A stretch of DNA of 64,000 nt from Anthoceros angustus (Eukaryota > Plantae > Anthocerotophyta): positions 310,001 to 374,000 of the forward strand of contig MU008156.1 of the NCBI GenBank assembly GCA_010909165.1. The letters are read 5' to 3'. Numbering within the stretch: the first letter of the stretch is position 1; every line of letters starts with the position of its first letter. Position numbers and translations under genes: made by a program. Below are positions 12,501-25,300 of the stretch, piece by piece. The notes below the pieces were generated by a model. It had not been told where the DNA came from and searched no databases. It saw only the letters and a list, made by a program, of their open reading frames with translations.

Positions 12501-14650
12501 CCCTCACCTTGGATCCCGGTCCACGGCTTGAAGTGTATTTCCTTCCGTCCAGTGTAGTTTTGTCGGCGAGGCCCGGTAGGCCGCTAGCGGGACCTACCCA
12601 GGTCCGGGTCGATGACAAAATCTAATGTATAGGGGCTCCGCTATGGTGGCTTGGACTCGGACAACTCCCTGGCGCTCGCCGCGACATGTCGCCATCAGGG
12701 TTTTGGTGGATGGCTCGAAGGTGGTGAACCCGGCCGTCTTGCGGTGGCCTCGGTGATGAGGTTCACTCGACCCGTGTCTAGAGGCACGTTTTAATTACAC
12801 CCGCAATTTCCACACTGCTGGCGGTATGAGATCGACCCTTACCTCCACGTTCTTGCCCTTAGGACCAGTTCCGGCGTGGTTGCGTTTCCTGATGGCCTTC
12901 CGGACTTCACAGCCGATGCCGGGTTGTCTTTTAACAAGCGCCTAAGGGACACCAAGTGTTGTTGGTCCATCATCAAGTCGGCCACCTTGAAAGGGCGGGT
13001 GGTTCTCCTTCGTCAGCGTCGCCTTGACTCCTCGGCGTTTGCCCGCTGTGGTGGTGGCGGACCACCGGTCTGTCGGAGTTCTTCTTGAAGCATCTCGGTC
13101 ACTTCGACCACATCCGGTGGAAGCTGCGGGCGTTGCCGTGGGTGAGTCCGCTTCTCCGGAGACTCCGGTGGCTTTTGGGGTTCTTCTTGGCGGGGCTGCC
13201 CGGTTTAACTCGTCCCTTTGGCGGGTTCGGCTTCCTTCGCGGTGTTCCGTCCTCCGTGTCCAGTGGGACTATCCCCATTTTCTTCCTCTTGTCTCCTCCG
13301 TTCCTTCGCTCCTTTGGCGACTCGGGTTGACACTTCCGGTACCTCGAGTCCGCCTTCTCCTTAGCGAACTTGCCCGTACCACCTCGTTCGAGCTCCTCGG
13401 TGCCTCCTCCCCTCCGCCCGGTTGTCGTCTTCAATTTATGTACGCGCCTTAGGGAGGGCGTGGGTGTGGCTCCCTGCTGGGGTGGCGTGGCGTCGGCGAG
13501 GATTCGGACACAGTCTTGCCATGTGCCGCTTACAATCTCCACCAGGCGTTCAAAGTCCCGTTGCCTTGCGGTGGGGTATGGCGTTGGAGTAGTGCGGGGT
13601 TCCACAGTTCCAGCCACCGCCACGAGAATTCTGGAGGGGCTCCCATGCGGTCTTTGCCAGTCGATGCAGACGGACCAGCTTGTGGGGTACATCGTCACAG
13701 GATCCGTGGTCGGTTGTGCTTCTTGCACTTGGTCATCCTCCCATTCCTCGGACTCTTCCCGTAGTCATACTCCACACGGTTCCGGGCGGAGGCGGTTGGC
13801 CTTGAATGCCCATGTTGGTGACACACGCACACCACAAATGAGTCGGACCGTGGTGGCCACCTTCGCGTTCTTTATCCTTCACGGTTGATCGTCAACTCTT
13901 CCACCTTCTTCATTACCCGTTCTAGATCTTCCCTCAGTCCCGCTACTTCCTTCAAAGGAGCTGGGTCAGGTGGGACCTCTCGTACCGGTGCGGGCATCAT
14001 GACCTCCTTCTTTTCCACCCTCCGCCTGACTACGGGCTTCTTCTTCTTTATTTTTCGGCGGGGTTCTTCTTCTTCCAGGACCTCCTCGGATTCTTCTTCG
14101 GAGTCCTCTTCCTCTTCCTCCCTGCCTCGGTCTCATCATCCTCCTTGTCAGGGTTCTTCATCTTAGTCCGACCCCGTTCTTCTTTTCTTCTTTCCTCCGG
14201 AGAGTCCTCGGCCGTCGTTGGTGCATCGATTCTTCATAGTTCTCCGCCCGGACCGCCTTGCTCACATCTGCCTAGCGGCTGTAGCCATTGGCTTGGATAA
14301 GCCATTGCGAACCAACGTACCCTTTGCATGGTAGTGTGGGTGGGGTCGGTCCGGGCAGAATTCGATGTCGATCCCAACTTCGTCTTGCCCTCGGGTTCTC
14401 GAGTTTGGACAAGGCGTAGCCTTCTTGATCGATTCAATCTTTCTAAAGGCATCCTTCAATCTTGAAGGTTGCGGGGGGTGCGTTACGGGCGGTCGGTATT
14501 TCCTCCGGTACCTGTGCCGGACCTTGGAGCAATTTGAATGACATCCGAACCTTCTCCGTTGAAGTTTGCCGACACGAAATCCTCCACGAAGGTTTGTCTC
14601 TCTCCTTCTTACCTCCAAAGAGAATCGCTTGCTTGGTGCGTTGTTGCCAT
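9564..14650 (-). pseudogene. pol: gag-pol of element A (gag, protease, RT, RNase H, integrase), heavily frameshifted
   Basis: Start MATT.. at 14650. RT/RH peptides include DHPIYYAGRQ and KHLVNK..RWIL; integrase peptides include VVPILALAPFEKW and GTHFNDVI. The stop at 9564 matches the element C end KKYHA*. Confidence 0.85.
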
Positions 14651-14857
14651 CGCGCGATCGGTAAGGGTGAGGACCTTACCGCTGACTTGGTCTGTCCTCC
14701 TCTCGATCCGACAACTCCACGCTTACACATTGGGGTGTCCTCGCCTCGAGCTCGTCGTCTCTCACGTGCGCTCGGGCGCTCGGCGATCTGGCGTCCCTCT
14801 CGATTCGTCCTTAACTACCTCCGTCCTCCACGCATCCCACGCTTTTACGGGCGATTT

Positions 14858-14877
14858 CATTCCCAGCAGCGCCAAAA
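14858..14877 (-). promoter_or_regulatory. Primer-binding site of element A (tRNA-Asp type, degenerate)
   Basis: TTTTGGCGCTGCTGGGAATG directly after the LTR end CCACA. Confidence 0.75.
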
Positions 14878-17869
14878 TGTGGCGCGACTTTCGCGGCCGG
14901 CGCGCACAATCCGTGTCGTTGTAGGAAGAGTCCGTTCCCAAAGGAATAGGCTCCGTTTGCGTTTGAGATTCTTCGTCTTACTCGTCCTCGGTCTCGCACA
15001 CACTTAGTTCACGTCTAACTACTCGCGACAAACACGCCGGTGTATGGCCAAGCGTTTAAGACCGTTCGCGTCCGTTCGTTCCGTTTCGTCTCACACCTCG
15101 TCCTCCTCTCTCACTACACTTATCGGTCTTAAGGAAAGGCGGGTTACAGTCCGGACCTCCTCGTTCCGTTCCGGGCCTCTCCGTCCGGGCTCTGCCCGCC
15201 CTCAGTCCTCGGCTCACGTTCGGTCCGTTCGTGGTGGCGGCTCGGGAGCAGGTCCCCGATCACCCTCCTGCACACACCACAACGTTAGGTCGTCACGGGA
15301 CCACATCAATCTCCGGTGCCGTGCACCTTTCGGTGACTCGGGACTCACGTTAGCAGAAGACACACGAGTGCAGAGCGGCATCAACACCAAGAAAGATGAT
15401 TTATTGAGGCGGCCCGGCCCTCTTATACTACGCCGGTCGGCGTCTTTATTACACCCTATTACGGTGACATTTCGGTGCCTAATCGGCCGCCACCTACTTC
15501 CCTCCTCCTATCTCCTTCGCGGTGGGTGGGAAGGTCCAGTTCCCTTGGGATTGGTGGTCCAATCTCCCGCCACAGCATTGCGGCGCGCAATCGGATGATC
15601 GGCGGGACCCCTCCTTTCTCCGGAATCTGTCGGGTTGGGCTCGTGGCGTGCGGCGGCCGCCCGTTACCGTCATCCTCCAGCCTTCCGTGGGTCCCCTCGG
15701 TGGGGCCCCTGTCGCTCCCTAGCGTAAGTCGAGGGGCTCCTCCCTTCTGCAGTCAGGACCTCGAGTCCGGTCTCGACTCCGAACTGAACTCCAAGGGTCG
15801 GTTTATTTCAGTCCGGTGGGTCGGCCTCGTCTCGGGTTCGGACCTCGAGTCAGTCTGTCCGATCTCAAACTCCGGACCCCTTCACCTGGACCTCGTCTTG
15901 CTAGGTCCTCCTCCTTCCCAGACCCTTGTCTTGGTGGGTTGGCTCCTCGGTTGCACCCCTGCGGGCCCCCTCACTCTCGGATCGGGTGGTGGTGAACTTA
16001 CCTTGGGGTCCGCTCCGCTCCTCCGGGGCTCTCTCCCCCGTCGTCTCCAAGCAGGGGCCCCTAGGGTCCTGTCTGTCCCCGTGCCCTTCTTCCCCTCAAG
16101 GCCTTCCGGGCCCGTGTGGCGGGCGAGGCCTCTCGCCGAGCTCGGTGTGGTAATAGGCAAAGTCCGAATCCACTTGTGGATTGCCTCTTCCACGTGTGCG
16201 GGCACCGTCTCCCCGCCATAGTGCTCGGGCTTGCCAGTTGCTCCACCTCCCGGTTGATAGGCGGGCCGGGCTGCTTCTCGTGGTGCCGAGTGCCTCGGTC
16301 ACCTCCTGGTAGTCATTTGTTGCTCCACTTGCTCCAACTCCTCGTTTCCGTTCCGCCTTGCCCCCGTTCCCCTTGACTTCCTCGGTGGACGGCGGCTTCT
16401 TATACTTCCGGCGCCCTGCCTCTTGTCCATTACGGTGTAACTCCGCCATCTCCCGCTGACGGTCGGGCAACCGGCTGCACCCTTCTCCATCTCGGCGTCT
16501 GCTCCTGTTCCGCCGCCTTCACGGCTCTGCCAGGCGGGGCCGCTCTTCGTCGGTTCGCGACCATGTCCTAGACTACCATTCCTCTCGATAGTTTGGGCTG
16601 CGGCTCAAAGTCTCCGGTCCTCCATCTCCTGCTGCTCCACCTCCGGGCTGAGTGGAGATCCTCCATCTCCTTGTGGCGAACTTCTTGGGCTGGTTGGTCG
16701 CTTGCTCGCCACCTCCCTCCATCTTGAGGCGGGCTGGGCGCTCTATCTCGCTCGAAGTCTTGGATTCTCCATTGAGAATTCCTTGCTTGCTCAAGCGTCT
16801 TGGGTTGTAACTCCAAGGTGTCCTTGTCCTCCTCCTGCCGCCTCCCTTCTACCTCCTGCAGTGCACAGGGTCCCCGATTTCCGGGTCTTGGCCTCGATGT
16901 TCTGCACGGCTCGTCGTGCTTGCTCATGACCACTTGCTCGGCCTTGATTGGCCGTGGCTCTCTCGGCCGCCTCCCTCCACGGTTCGATCAGATAGTGATC
17001 GCGATCGGCCGCCGTGGCCTCCGCCTCCTTGGCCACCTTCACACGAGCCTCTCGGCTTGGCTCTGGTCGGTCAGCTGCCTCGCGATCCGCCCGTTACGCT
17101 TGCGCCCGGGCGTCCTCGCTTCTGTGCGCTCGCCCCTGCACTGCGAGGTCCTCCGCGCGCTTGGGCCTCCTTGGGCCTTGGTGTTCCTCCGGTGAAGGAA
17201 TTTAGTCCGGTCCTTGCGGATGGACGGACCTCCCTCTCGCCTCGGCGTTTCCTTCCTCAATCGGCCGAGGCTTGGCCTTCCTTCTCGCCTGGGCTCCTCC
17301 AGCTGCTCTGGAGGAGTACCATGCCTCGGGTGGCTTCTACCTCCACAGGTCTTCTCGGCCATCCCGAGACCCCGAGCATACCGTCCATGGCAGTAGCAGG
17401 ACCGCCGTGTTTCTTCCACGGCGCTGTGATGAGCTCCCACAAAGTCCGTGGCCGGCATCTCACAGTCCGCCAAGGACCTCCATACCATGTCGGAGTAAGT
17501 CGGTGGGTTCTCCGGACCTAATCGGGACCCTTAGGTCACGAGTCTTGGCTCGGAGCTTCCCCTCCTTGGCCCTTTTGGCGCGAGCTCCTTCAGCCCTTTT
17601 CCTCCACAGGGCTCGGAGGAGGTGAGAGTCAGGAGCAAGCCTTTTGCCCCTTCCGGTCGGCAGTGAGGGGCCGGCTCGGGGTGTGCCCGGTGTCCTCCGC
17701 TCCACAGGCGTCCCCTACGCCCTCCTGCTTCCTCCGCCTCTTGCCACTCAGGTGGGCGGGGAAGTGCAACCTCGGCCCAGGGGTCTGCAGCGTTGGCCGT
17801 GGTCTTGCGTCTCTTGGCTCCCCTCAGTCGGCAGGGCTCCCGTGATGGCGGTGGCGAAATTTCTTGGGG
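14878..17869 (-). repeat. 5' LTR of element A, inner part
   Basis: Reverse complement of the LTR sequence of element C; TATAAG at 15422-15427; ends at the TGGGG target site. Confidence 0.85.
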
Positions 17870-18498
17870 TGTGGACTACGGACTTCCTGAGGTTAGAAAT
17901 TAGGTAGGGTTTTGTTTTTGTAGGAGTAAAAGGATAAAATGAGGCGAAAAAGGAAATAAGCAGTTAGCACTCGGACGGCACTCGGAGTATACTCGGACTC
18001 GGGAGTGAGCGTGCTAGGACCTCGATGGCGGCGACAGTAGCAGGATAAGTCCGGACCCACTCCGAGACCCCGAGGCGGGATAAATCGCCGAGGTAACTTA
18101 AGTTGGGCGTAGAGGCGGACTGGCGGCATACGTGGGCGACCACGAGTGGAGGGCGGGCATCGTGGTCGGGGCCGTAACCTTGCGAGGCCGTTATAGCGGT
18201 ATTCACCGTGGTTGCAGCGTAAAACAGTAAGGCGGCGTAGGGCGAAATAAGCCATGCAGACCTCGCGATTCTAGACGAGGAAGGCGCCCTCAGCCAGTGA
18301 TTACTCCGGCGTGGTCGCGGAAGAAGGTCATTTCGTGACCTCGAGACAATTCTCGCGATCTCTTGCGCTCCATGATCCGGCTCTGGCGGTATCTCGTGGG
18401 ACACTCGGACGTCTTGGCCGGCTCACCGTTGAGGTCGGGCGGTGAGGCGAAGCGTGCAGCGGTCTCCGGCCGGCTGACAAGCAACCGAGGAGAAGGCG

Positions 18499-21400
18499 AT
18501 GGCACCCAAAAAGCCAGCGGAAGTTTGGGAGCCATGGAACCTTGTGGAGGCGCAACATTGTGACCCTACTCCGGACTTTGGGCTCAGCTCCGAGGCGGGA
18601 GGTGGTGCGGGGTGGCATTTGGATGTGTTCAGATAGTGCGGACATTTGATAGTGTCACTCAGTCGGGAGTTGGGAAGATCTTTGGCGGTGTCAATAAGGA
18701 GGTGCGGTCAAGAACCTCGGGAGGACCCAAGGCGATGGACCTTGGAGGTCTGAGGCCTACGCCCAAGGAGGAAGAGGGGTGGTGCGGGCCCCTCAAGGCG
18801 AAGGGAAGATAGGGCCGACCACGGCTAAGGCACAGGGCGCGGACCACCAGCGGTTGGGCGATGTCAGGCTGGACGGTCGAGTCGAGGCGGTGGCCGGATC
18901 ATTGTCACTGGAACCTACTCACCAAGGTGGATCACCTTGGTGATAATCTATAGTATTCACCTTGTGCTGAGGAAAGGCGGGGTGGGGAAGGATTATCTTA
19001 GCGGTTTAGCGAGGCTCATAGCTCGGGAAGCCCCATCAGGCATCCCCATGCATCCATGTGGGGCATTTGAACTCCTCAGGAAGGAGAGCGGCGCTCGGGC
19101 CCGGAGGCCCTGGTGGAGGCGAGCAAGGCGGAGGAGGCGGTCGAAACCAAGCGGACTCGGGAGGAGGGCAGGAGGATTCGGGACTCCATCGTGGAGCGGA
19201 CCCCCTCACCACCCAGTATGGGAAGCAATTCGCCTCCCTCCTTCCCAACCCAGAGCGGCCGATCCGAGGCGGCCCGGCCGGCCCGCCACGGCCATCACTC
19301 ATGAGGTGCCGGACGAGGAGAGAGCCGAAGACGGCTACCAGCGGCACCCGGTGCGGTACCTCTTCCCTGCCAGGTGGCAAGCGGAGGAAGCGATGGGAGG
19401 CGAAAGGGGCCCGAGGCGGAGGACACGGCCGCATCGAGCGGTCTGTCGCCCGGCGGGGAAGGGGCAAAAGGCGTGCTCCGGACTCCATCACCTCCGAGGC
19501 CCGGGAGGCGGAGAAGGAGCTCATGACCAAAGGGCCAAGGAGGGCTTGAGCTCGGCCACTCGGGACCTAAGGGTCTGATTGGTCGAGAACCCGGTCCGGA
19601 CTTACTCCGGCTGCGGTATGGAGGTCCTTGACGGGCCGTGAGATCGCTCACTCGGACTTTGTGGGAGCCTCACAGGCCGTGGAAGAAACTGCGGTCACAG
19701 CTACCGTCATGGGCGGTATGCTCTGAATACTGTGGGATGGCCGAAGACCCGGAGGTAGAAGCCACCGGGCGCATGGTACTCCTCCGGGAGGCGGTTGGAG
19801 GAGCCCGGGAGGCGAGAAGGGAAGCTCTCGGCGGATTGAGGAAGGAGGCGGGGAGGGAGGTGGTCCATCCGAGAGGACCAAATTCCTTCAGTGGAGGAAG
19901 TGAGCGGACCAAGGAGGCCCAAGGCGGAGGACCTCTGCGGGCGGGCGTGGCGGAGCGAGGGCCGGGCGCAAGCGAGCAGGCGCGGGATCTGGCGGAGGCA
20001 GCCGTGGACGAGCCAAGTGGAGGCTCGGTGAAGGTGGCCAGGAGGCGGAGGCCACGGCGAGGCCGATCGCGATCACTATCGGCGTGATCGGGCCGGTGGA
20101 GGGGGCGGTAGAGCCAGCCAATCGAAGGCGAGCAAGTGGCAGACAAGCAGTCGAGCCGTGAGGAGGCTGAGGCCGGCACCGGGAGATTGGGGACCTCGGG
20201 GGTCAGTGCGGGAGGTAGAAGGCGGCGGCGGAGGCTGGAGGGCAAGGACACCTTGGGTTGCAACTCCAAGATGCATCGGGCGGCGGGGGTTCTCAGAGAA
20301 TCCAAGACTTGACGAGGTAGAGCGCCTCAGCTCCGCTTGAAGGCGGAGGAGAATGGCGGCAGTGCAAGGAGTTCGGCGTCGCAAGGTTGCGGGATGGAGG
20401 AAGCCGAGGAGTCGGACGGGGATCTGCGGCCCGCAAGAAGGAAGTGGCGGACCTCAGGAAAGAATGAGCGGAGGAAGAAAGCCTTTGGAGGAGAGGCTAC
20501 ATTGCTCGTCCGGTTGCGAAGCGGAGCTCGGCTCCATGGCCCATATGGCGGGCTGGAACAACAGCAGGAGGAGGCGTCGGCGGCCGAAGGTTGCAAGGAG
20601 GAGGCGCCTTGGCGGCCTCAAGGAGTCCGCCTACATGGTAAGCTTGGCCAGGAGGCAGGCCGGTGGGCGATCCTCGATTCTGGAGCACCTGGAGGAGGGA
20701 GTGGGTGCTCGGGCTCATGTGGAGGCGATTCGGCAAGTCGATTCCGACTTCGCCTACTACGCAGCTCCTCAAGGCTCTGGAGGTCCTGCGCCACCCTAGG
20801 CGGGAGGTGGACTTCCGGAAGGATGGAAGGAGGAGAGAGAGACGGACCGGGGCAGCCACAGGAGTCTAGGGCTGTTTGATGACAGGAGGAGCAGCGGAGG
20901 AGGCGGGAGGAGGAGGAGGAAGGGTCGCCCGGGTAAGCACTCGGCACCCTCGCATGGAAGGAAGAGGGAGGATCTTGGAGAGGAAGGGAAGGGTGCAAGG
21001 GCATTGGGAACCAAGGGAGGCTCGATGGATGAACCCGTGACCAGCCGGTGAGGAGGCATGCCAGGAGCACGAGGTCCGGACTTTGTCCCGAGACTCACAG
21101 GTCCGGACCCGGAGGACAGTCAGGACCACAGGGCCAGGACCGGGCGGGTCCGAGGCCCAGGACCCGGAGGCCGGACCTGGGAGGGGACTCGGGAGTCGAG
21201 CAGGGTCACAGGTCCAAACTCGGGAGTGGGGAGAGCCACGGTCCTGACGATCCAGCCCTTGGAGGCCCCTGTGAGGGCCCGGGAGAGAAGAGGGAGGCGA
21301 GGAAGACTTGGTGGTGGCCGTTGTCGAGGCCGCCCGGTGGCGCGACTGCAGACCCTCGGGAAGAGGAAGGGTCCCGCCTCGCGGATCATCCGATTGGGTG

Positions 21401-21503
21401 CGCCTTGATCGGCGGAGCTCGGCTTTGGGCCCGGTGCCAAGAAGGAAGATCGGGCCATCCAGCAAGCGATAGGCGGAATAGGAGGATAGTAGGCGGTGGT
21501 TAG
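18499..21503 (+). pseudogene. LTR-embedded (U3) ORF of unknown function, frameshifted; other copies start at 28058 (+), 45955 (+), 8948 (-) and 32676 (-)
   Basis: A consensus across copies reads MAPKSPEVWEPWNLVERNIVTRYPDFG..EWHLDVF.GPTFDKVTVREF..NKEVRSKNL...RIIVHRNLLTKVDHLGDNLY, then long charged low-complexity sequence ending just before the TATA box. The end point is approximate. Confidence 0.55.
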
Positions 21504-21561
21504 GGTGCTTGGTGGCCTCATTTCGAATAGAGGTGTAATAAAGGCGCCGACCTTGGCGTAG

Positions 21562-21567
21562 TATAAG
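21562..21567 (+). promoter_or_regulatory. Putative LTR TATA box (TATAAG)
   Basis: Present at the same position in all five family A LTR copies (21562, 31205, 49936; minus 15422 and 5646), about 550-590 bp from the LTR end where that end is intact. Confidence 0.6.
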
Positions 21568-22143
21568 AGGGCTAAGGCGCTACAGATAAATCATCTTTCT
21601 CTTGGTGTTGATGCGCGTTCTTGCGAGACCTTTGTGTCTTCTTGCGTGAGTCTGAGTCAGGCGAGCACGGCGACTCGGGAGATTGATCGGGGTCCCGGTG
21701 GCGGACCTAACGTGTTGTGGTGTGTGCGGGAAGGGTGGTTGGTGACCCGTGCTCGTCGAGCCGCGACCCGGCCGACGGTGGGCGTGGCCGGAGGAACTCG
21801 GGAGGCGTCTGAGCCGGACGGAGAGGCCAGCGGAGCAGCGGAGGAGGTCCGGCATGTAACCCAGCGTCTTTCTAAGGCGATGAGTGTAGCGTGAGTGGAG
21901 AGGAAAGGGAGAGTGTGGTGGCGAATGTGAGCGTCTGAGCGACAGGTCCCTAAGCGTTTGGCCATCTGGGCTGTCGGTGAACGTTGCGAGTAGTTAGGCG
22001 TATGTGTGCGTTGAGGTGAGCAGGCGCAAAGTGAGGTAAGAATCACACAAGCAGCAAGCGGGCCTATCATTCCCTTGGGAGCGGACTTCTTCCTACAACG
22101 ACGGGATTGTGCGCGCCGGCAGCCATCGGAAAGTCGCGCCACA

Positions 22144-22163
22144 TTTTGGCCGTTCTTGGGGAA
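22144..22163 (+). promoter_or_regulatory. Primer-binding site of element C (degenerate tRNA-Asp type)
   Basis: TTTTGGCCGTTCTTGGGGAA directly after the LTR end. Confidence 0.65.
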
Positions 22164-22380
22164 TGAAATCGTTCCGTAGCGCGTGGATGCGTGGAGGGCG
22201 TGAGGTAGTTAAGGAAGAATTGCTAAGAGAGTCGGACGTTGTGTTGCCGGCGCTCCGGAGCACGTGAGAGGCGGCGAGCTCGAGGCGAGGTCACGAACGC
22301 GGGTAAGTGCGGTGGGGTCGGATCGTGAGGAGGAAGCAGCAGGCGGTGGCGATGAGGCGGTTCCTCACCCGGCTACAGCG

Positions 22381-25300
22381 ATGGCAACAACGACCAAACA
22401 AGCCTCCCTCTTGGGGGAAGAAGGAGGCGGGATAAAACCTTTGTTGAGGATTTCGTATCGAGCTTCAACGGAGAAGGTCGGATGCAGCTAATCCATGTTC
22501 CAAGGGGTCCTCGGGGACAGCGGTGGTAGGAAGAATCGACCACCCAGGCGCTCCCCTGCGACCTTGAGCAAGGATGCCTTCTTAGAAAGATTCCGAATCG
22601 ATCGGAAGAATATCTGTCAAGCTTGAGAACCTAAAGAGGGCAAGACGGAAAAGTTGGGATCGTACATCGAGCGGTTCTATGCCCTCCGGATCGGCACCCC
22701 ACCCACACCACGATGCGGTGCGTTGGTTCGCAGCCTACCTAATGGCTAAGCATGTCTTTGTTGCTTGCAGAAGGATGTGAGTAAGGCGAAAGGAAAACTA
22801 CGAAGAATCGATGCACCAACGAAGCGAGAACGACTCAGGAGGAAAGAAGAAGAAGAAGGCGGAATCGGAATCAAGATGAAGAGCCCTCGGAAGGAGAGGA
22901 GGAAGAGGCGGTCACTTGAGGAGGAGGAGGAGATTTCGAGCAGAATCAAGCCTCCACGGAGGCGGAGCCGTCGCAAAACAAGAAGAAGGTGTGGTGAAGC
23001 GGGCGGAAGAAGGAGGTCATGATACTAGCTCGGTCGAGGCCTTCGGACGCCCCTTTGAAAGAGGTAGCTGGGTTGAGGGAAGACCTGGAGAGAGTCATAA
23101 AAAAGGTGGAAGAGTTGACGATCAATCAGGTGAAAGATCGTGAGCGACGCAAGGTGGCCACCACGGTCGGGACTCATTTATGGTGTGCGGTGTGTGCCAC
23201 CATGGGCACTCGAGTGCCCCTCCGGACCCGTGAACCGGTGGAGACGACTATGAGGAGGGCACGAGGTGGGAGGATGCCTGTGCAAGAAGCACCCGGGGCG
23301 CGATCCACGATGTATCCGGCCGGAGGTCCATCCATACACCTCGATGCAACCTCGAATGGGAGGACCTCCGGCATTCTTGAGCGGTGGTCTGCTGGGCTGG
23401 GAACCGGACACTACTCCAACGCCATACCCCACGGACAAGGTAACGGAGACTTTGAACTGTGTGGAGATTATGGCAGTGGGGCACATGCCCGGTACCACAG
23501 AATCCTCTCGAGGACGTGCAGCTCAAACCCGGTGGGAGCCAAGACCGACGCCCCTCCTAAGGCGGCGCTGTGCATTGAAGGCCTGGCGGGCGGGTGGGAG
23601 GCACCGAGGACAGGCGAGGTGGTGCGAAGCAAGTTCGGCAAGGAAGAAGGCGGACTGGAGTCTTGGAAGTGTCAACCCGAGTCGCGAAAGGAGCGGAAGG
23701 AGCAGGCGGTGTAAGAGGAAGAAAAATGGGGATAGTCCACGGATACGGAGGACGGAACACCCTGAAGGAAGCCGAACCCGCCAAAGAGGGCGAGTTAAAC
23801 CGGGCAGCCGCGGAAGAAACCCCAAAAGCCACGGAGTCTCGGGAGGCGGACTCACCTACGCAAGCGCGATTCCACCGGATGTGGTTCGGGAAGTGGAGAT
23901 GCTTCAAGAAGAACTCCCGGGACCAGTGGTCCGGCCACCACGAGATGGCAAGCCGGAGACAAAGGCAGCGTGGCCGACGGAGAACCGGCCCCGGTGGCCG
24001 ACTTGATGATGGACCAACAACACTTGGTGTCCCTTAGGCGGTTGTTAAAGGACAAGTATCGGCGAAGTCCGGAAGGCCATCGGGAAACGCAACCACGTCG
24101 GAACTCCTTGGTGGGAAGGGCAGAACGTGGAGGTAAGGTGGTATCTCATACGGACCACAGGGGCGCCGATGGTGCGGTGGAAGTGCGTGTGTAATTAAAA
24201 GCGTGCCTCTAGACACGGGGTCGGAGTGAACCTCATCAAGGCCACGCAAGGCAGTGGGGTTCACCACCTTGAGCCATCCACCAAAACCCTCGGGATGGCG
24301 GACATGTCGCGCGCGCCGCAGGAGTTGTCAGTCCAAGCCACCATAGCGAGCCCCTATACATTAGATTTTGTCGTCATCGGACCATGGACCTCAGGGTATG
24401 AGGTCTGTTGGCGACCTTGGCTGGCCTCGCTCGAGACAAAACTACACTTCGGACGGAAGGAAATACACTTCAAGCCGGTGGGATCGAAGGTGAGGGAAGG
24501 ACGGTAGCGATTACAGGTAAGGACACGCGTGTGGAGAAACCGGCACTGAGGGTACACCTGAGGCAGTGGGGACGATGAGCGAGGATACGAATGAGGACTA
24601 CCCTTTCCCAAAATCACGTGGTCGAGAGGAGGAGATGGATTCTGGGAGGGACGCCTTTGGAGGCGGAGGTGGGCGAGGAGGTCATCGATTGTTTTAGGGT
24701 GGACTCGGCGGAACAAGAGCCGGGAAGGCAATCAAGAGGAGGTCCAGGAGGAGGAAGGTGGCGAGAAGTAACCGTTTCACCCGAGCTCTTTCGGGAGTGG
24801 GGAATGCGTGAAGATGAACCTCGGATGGAGGCGGCGGCGGACGTAGCAGCGAAGAGAGGCAGTCAATCGGACGATGTGGAAGGCGTGGAGGTTCGCCCGG
24901 AAATTCCTCAAATTCCGCAAGGGCATCTTGGGAGGTTAAAGCGAGACCTCACCTTGTTGGGGAATTCAGGGGTGTTTGCTTTCAAGGTCACGGATCATGA
25001 AAGGCATTCCAAAGCAGTGGCGAACAGGATAGATCTAGCGGAGGCGGTGCACTCGGATTAGGCGATATAAGCGAATCCCAAGCACTCGCTCAAGGTCAAG
25101 AAGTCTGGATAAAGCGGAAATCATCTTCCCAATCGTGAACAGTGAGTGGGTGGCGCCCATTGTGGTTGCGAAGAAGCGGAGATTCGGTCTGTGAAAAAGC
25201 TGCGCCCGGAAAGGACCATTTCCCATGCCCTTTGTGGGCGACATCTTGGACAAGGTGGCGGAGTACCTACTCCTTCTTGGCTACTCGGCTACAACCAGTT

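Larger units (their letters stand above)
17870..22143 (+). repeat. 5' LTR of element C (4274 bp)
   Basis: Starts TGTGGACTACGGACTTCC and ends AAAGTCGCGCCACA before the PBS; homologous to 27452-31793. Confidence 0.9.
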
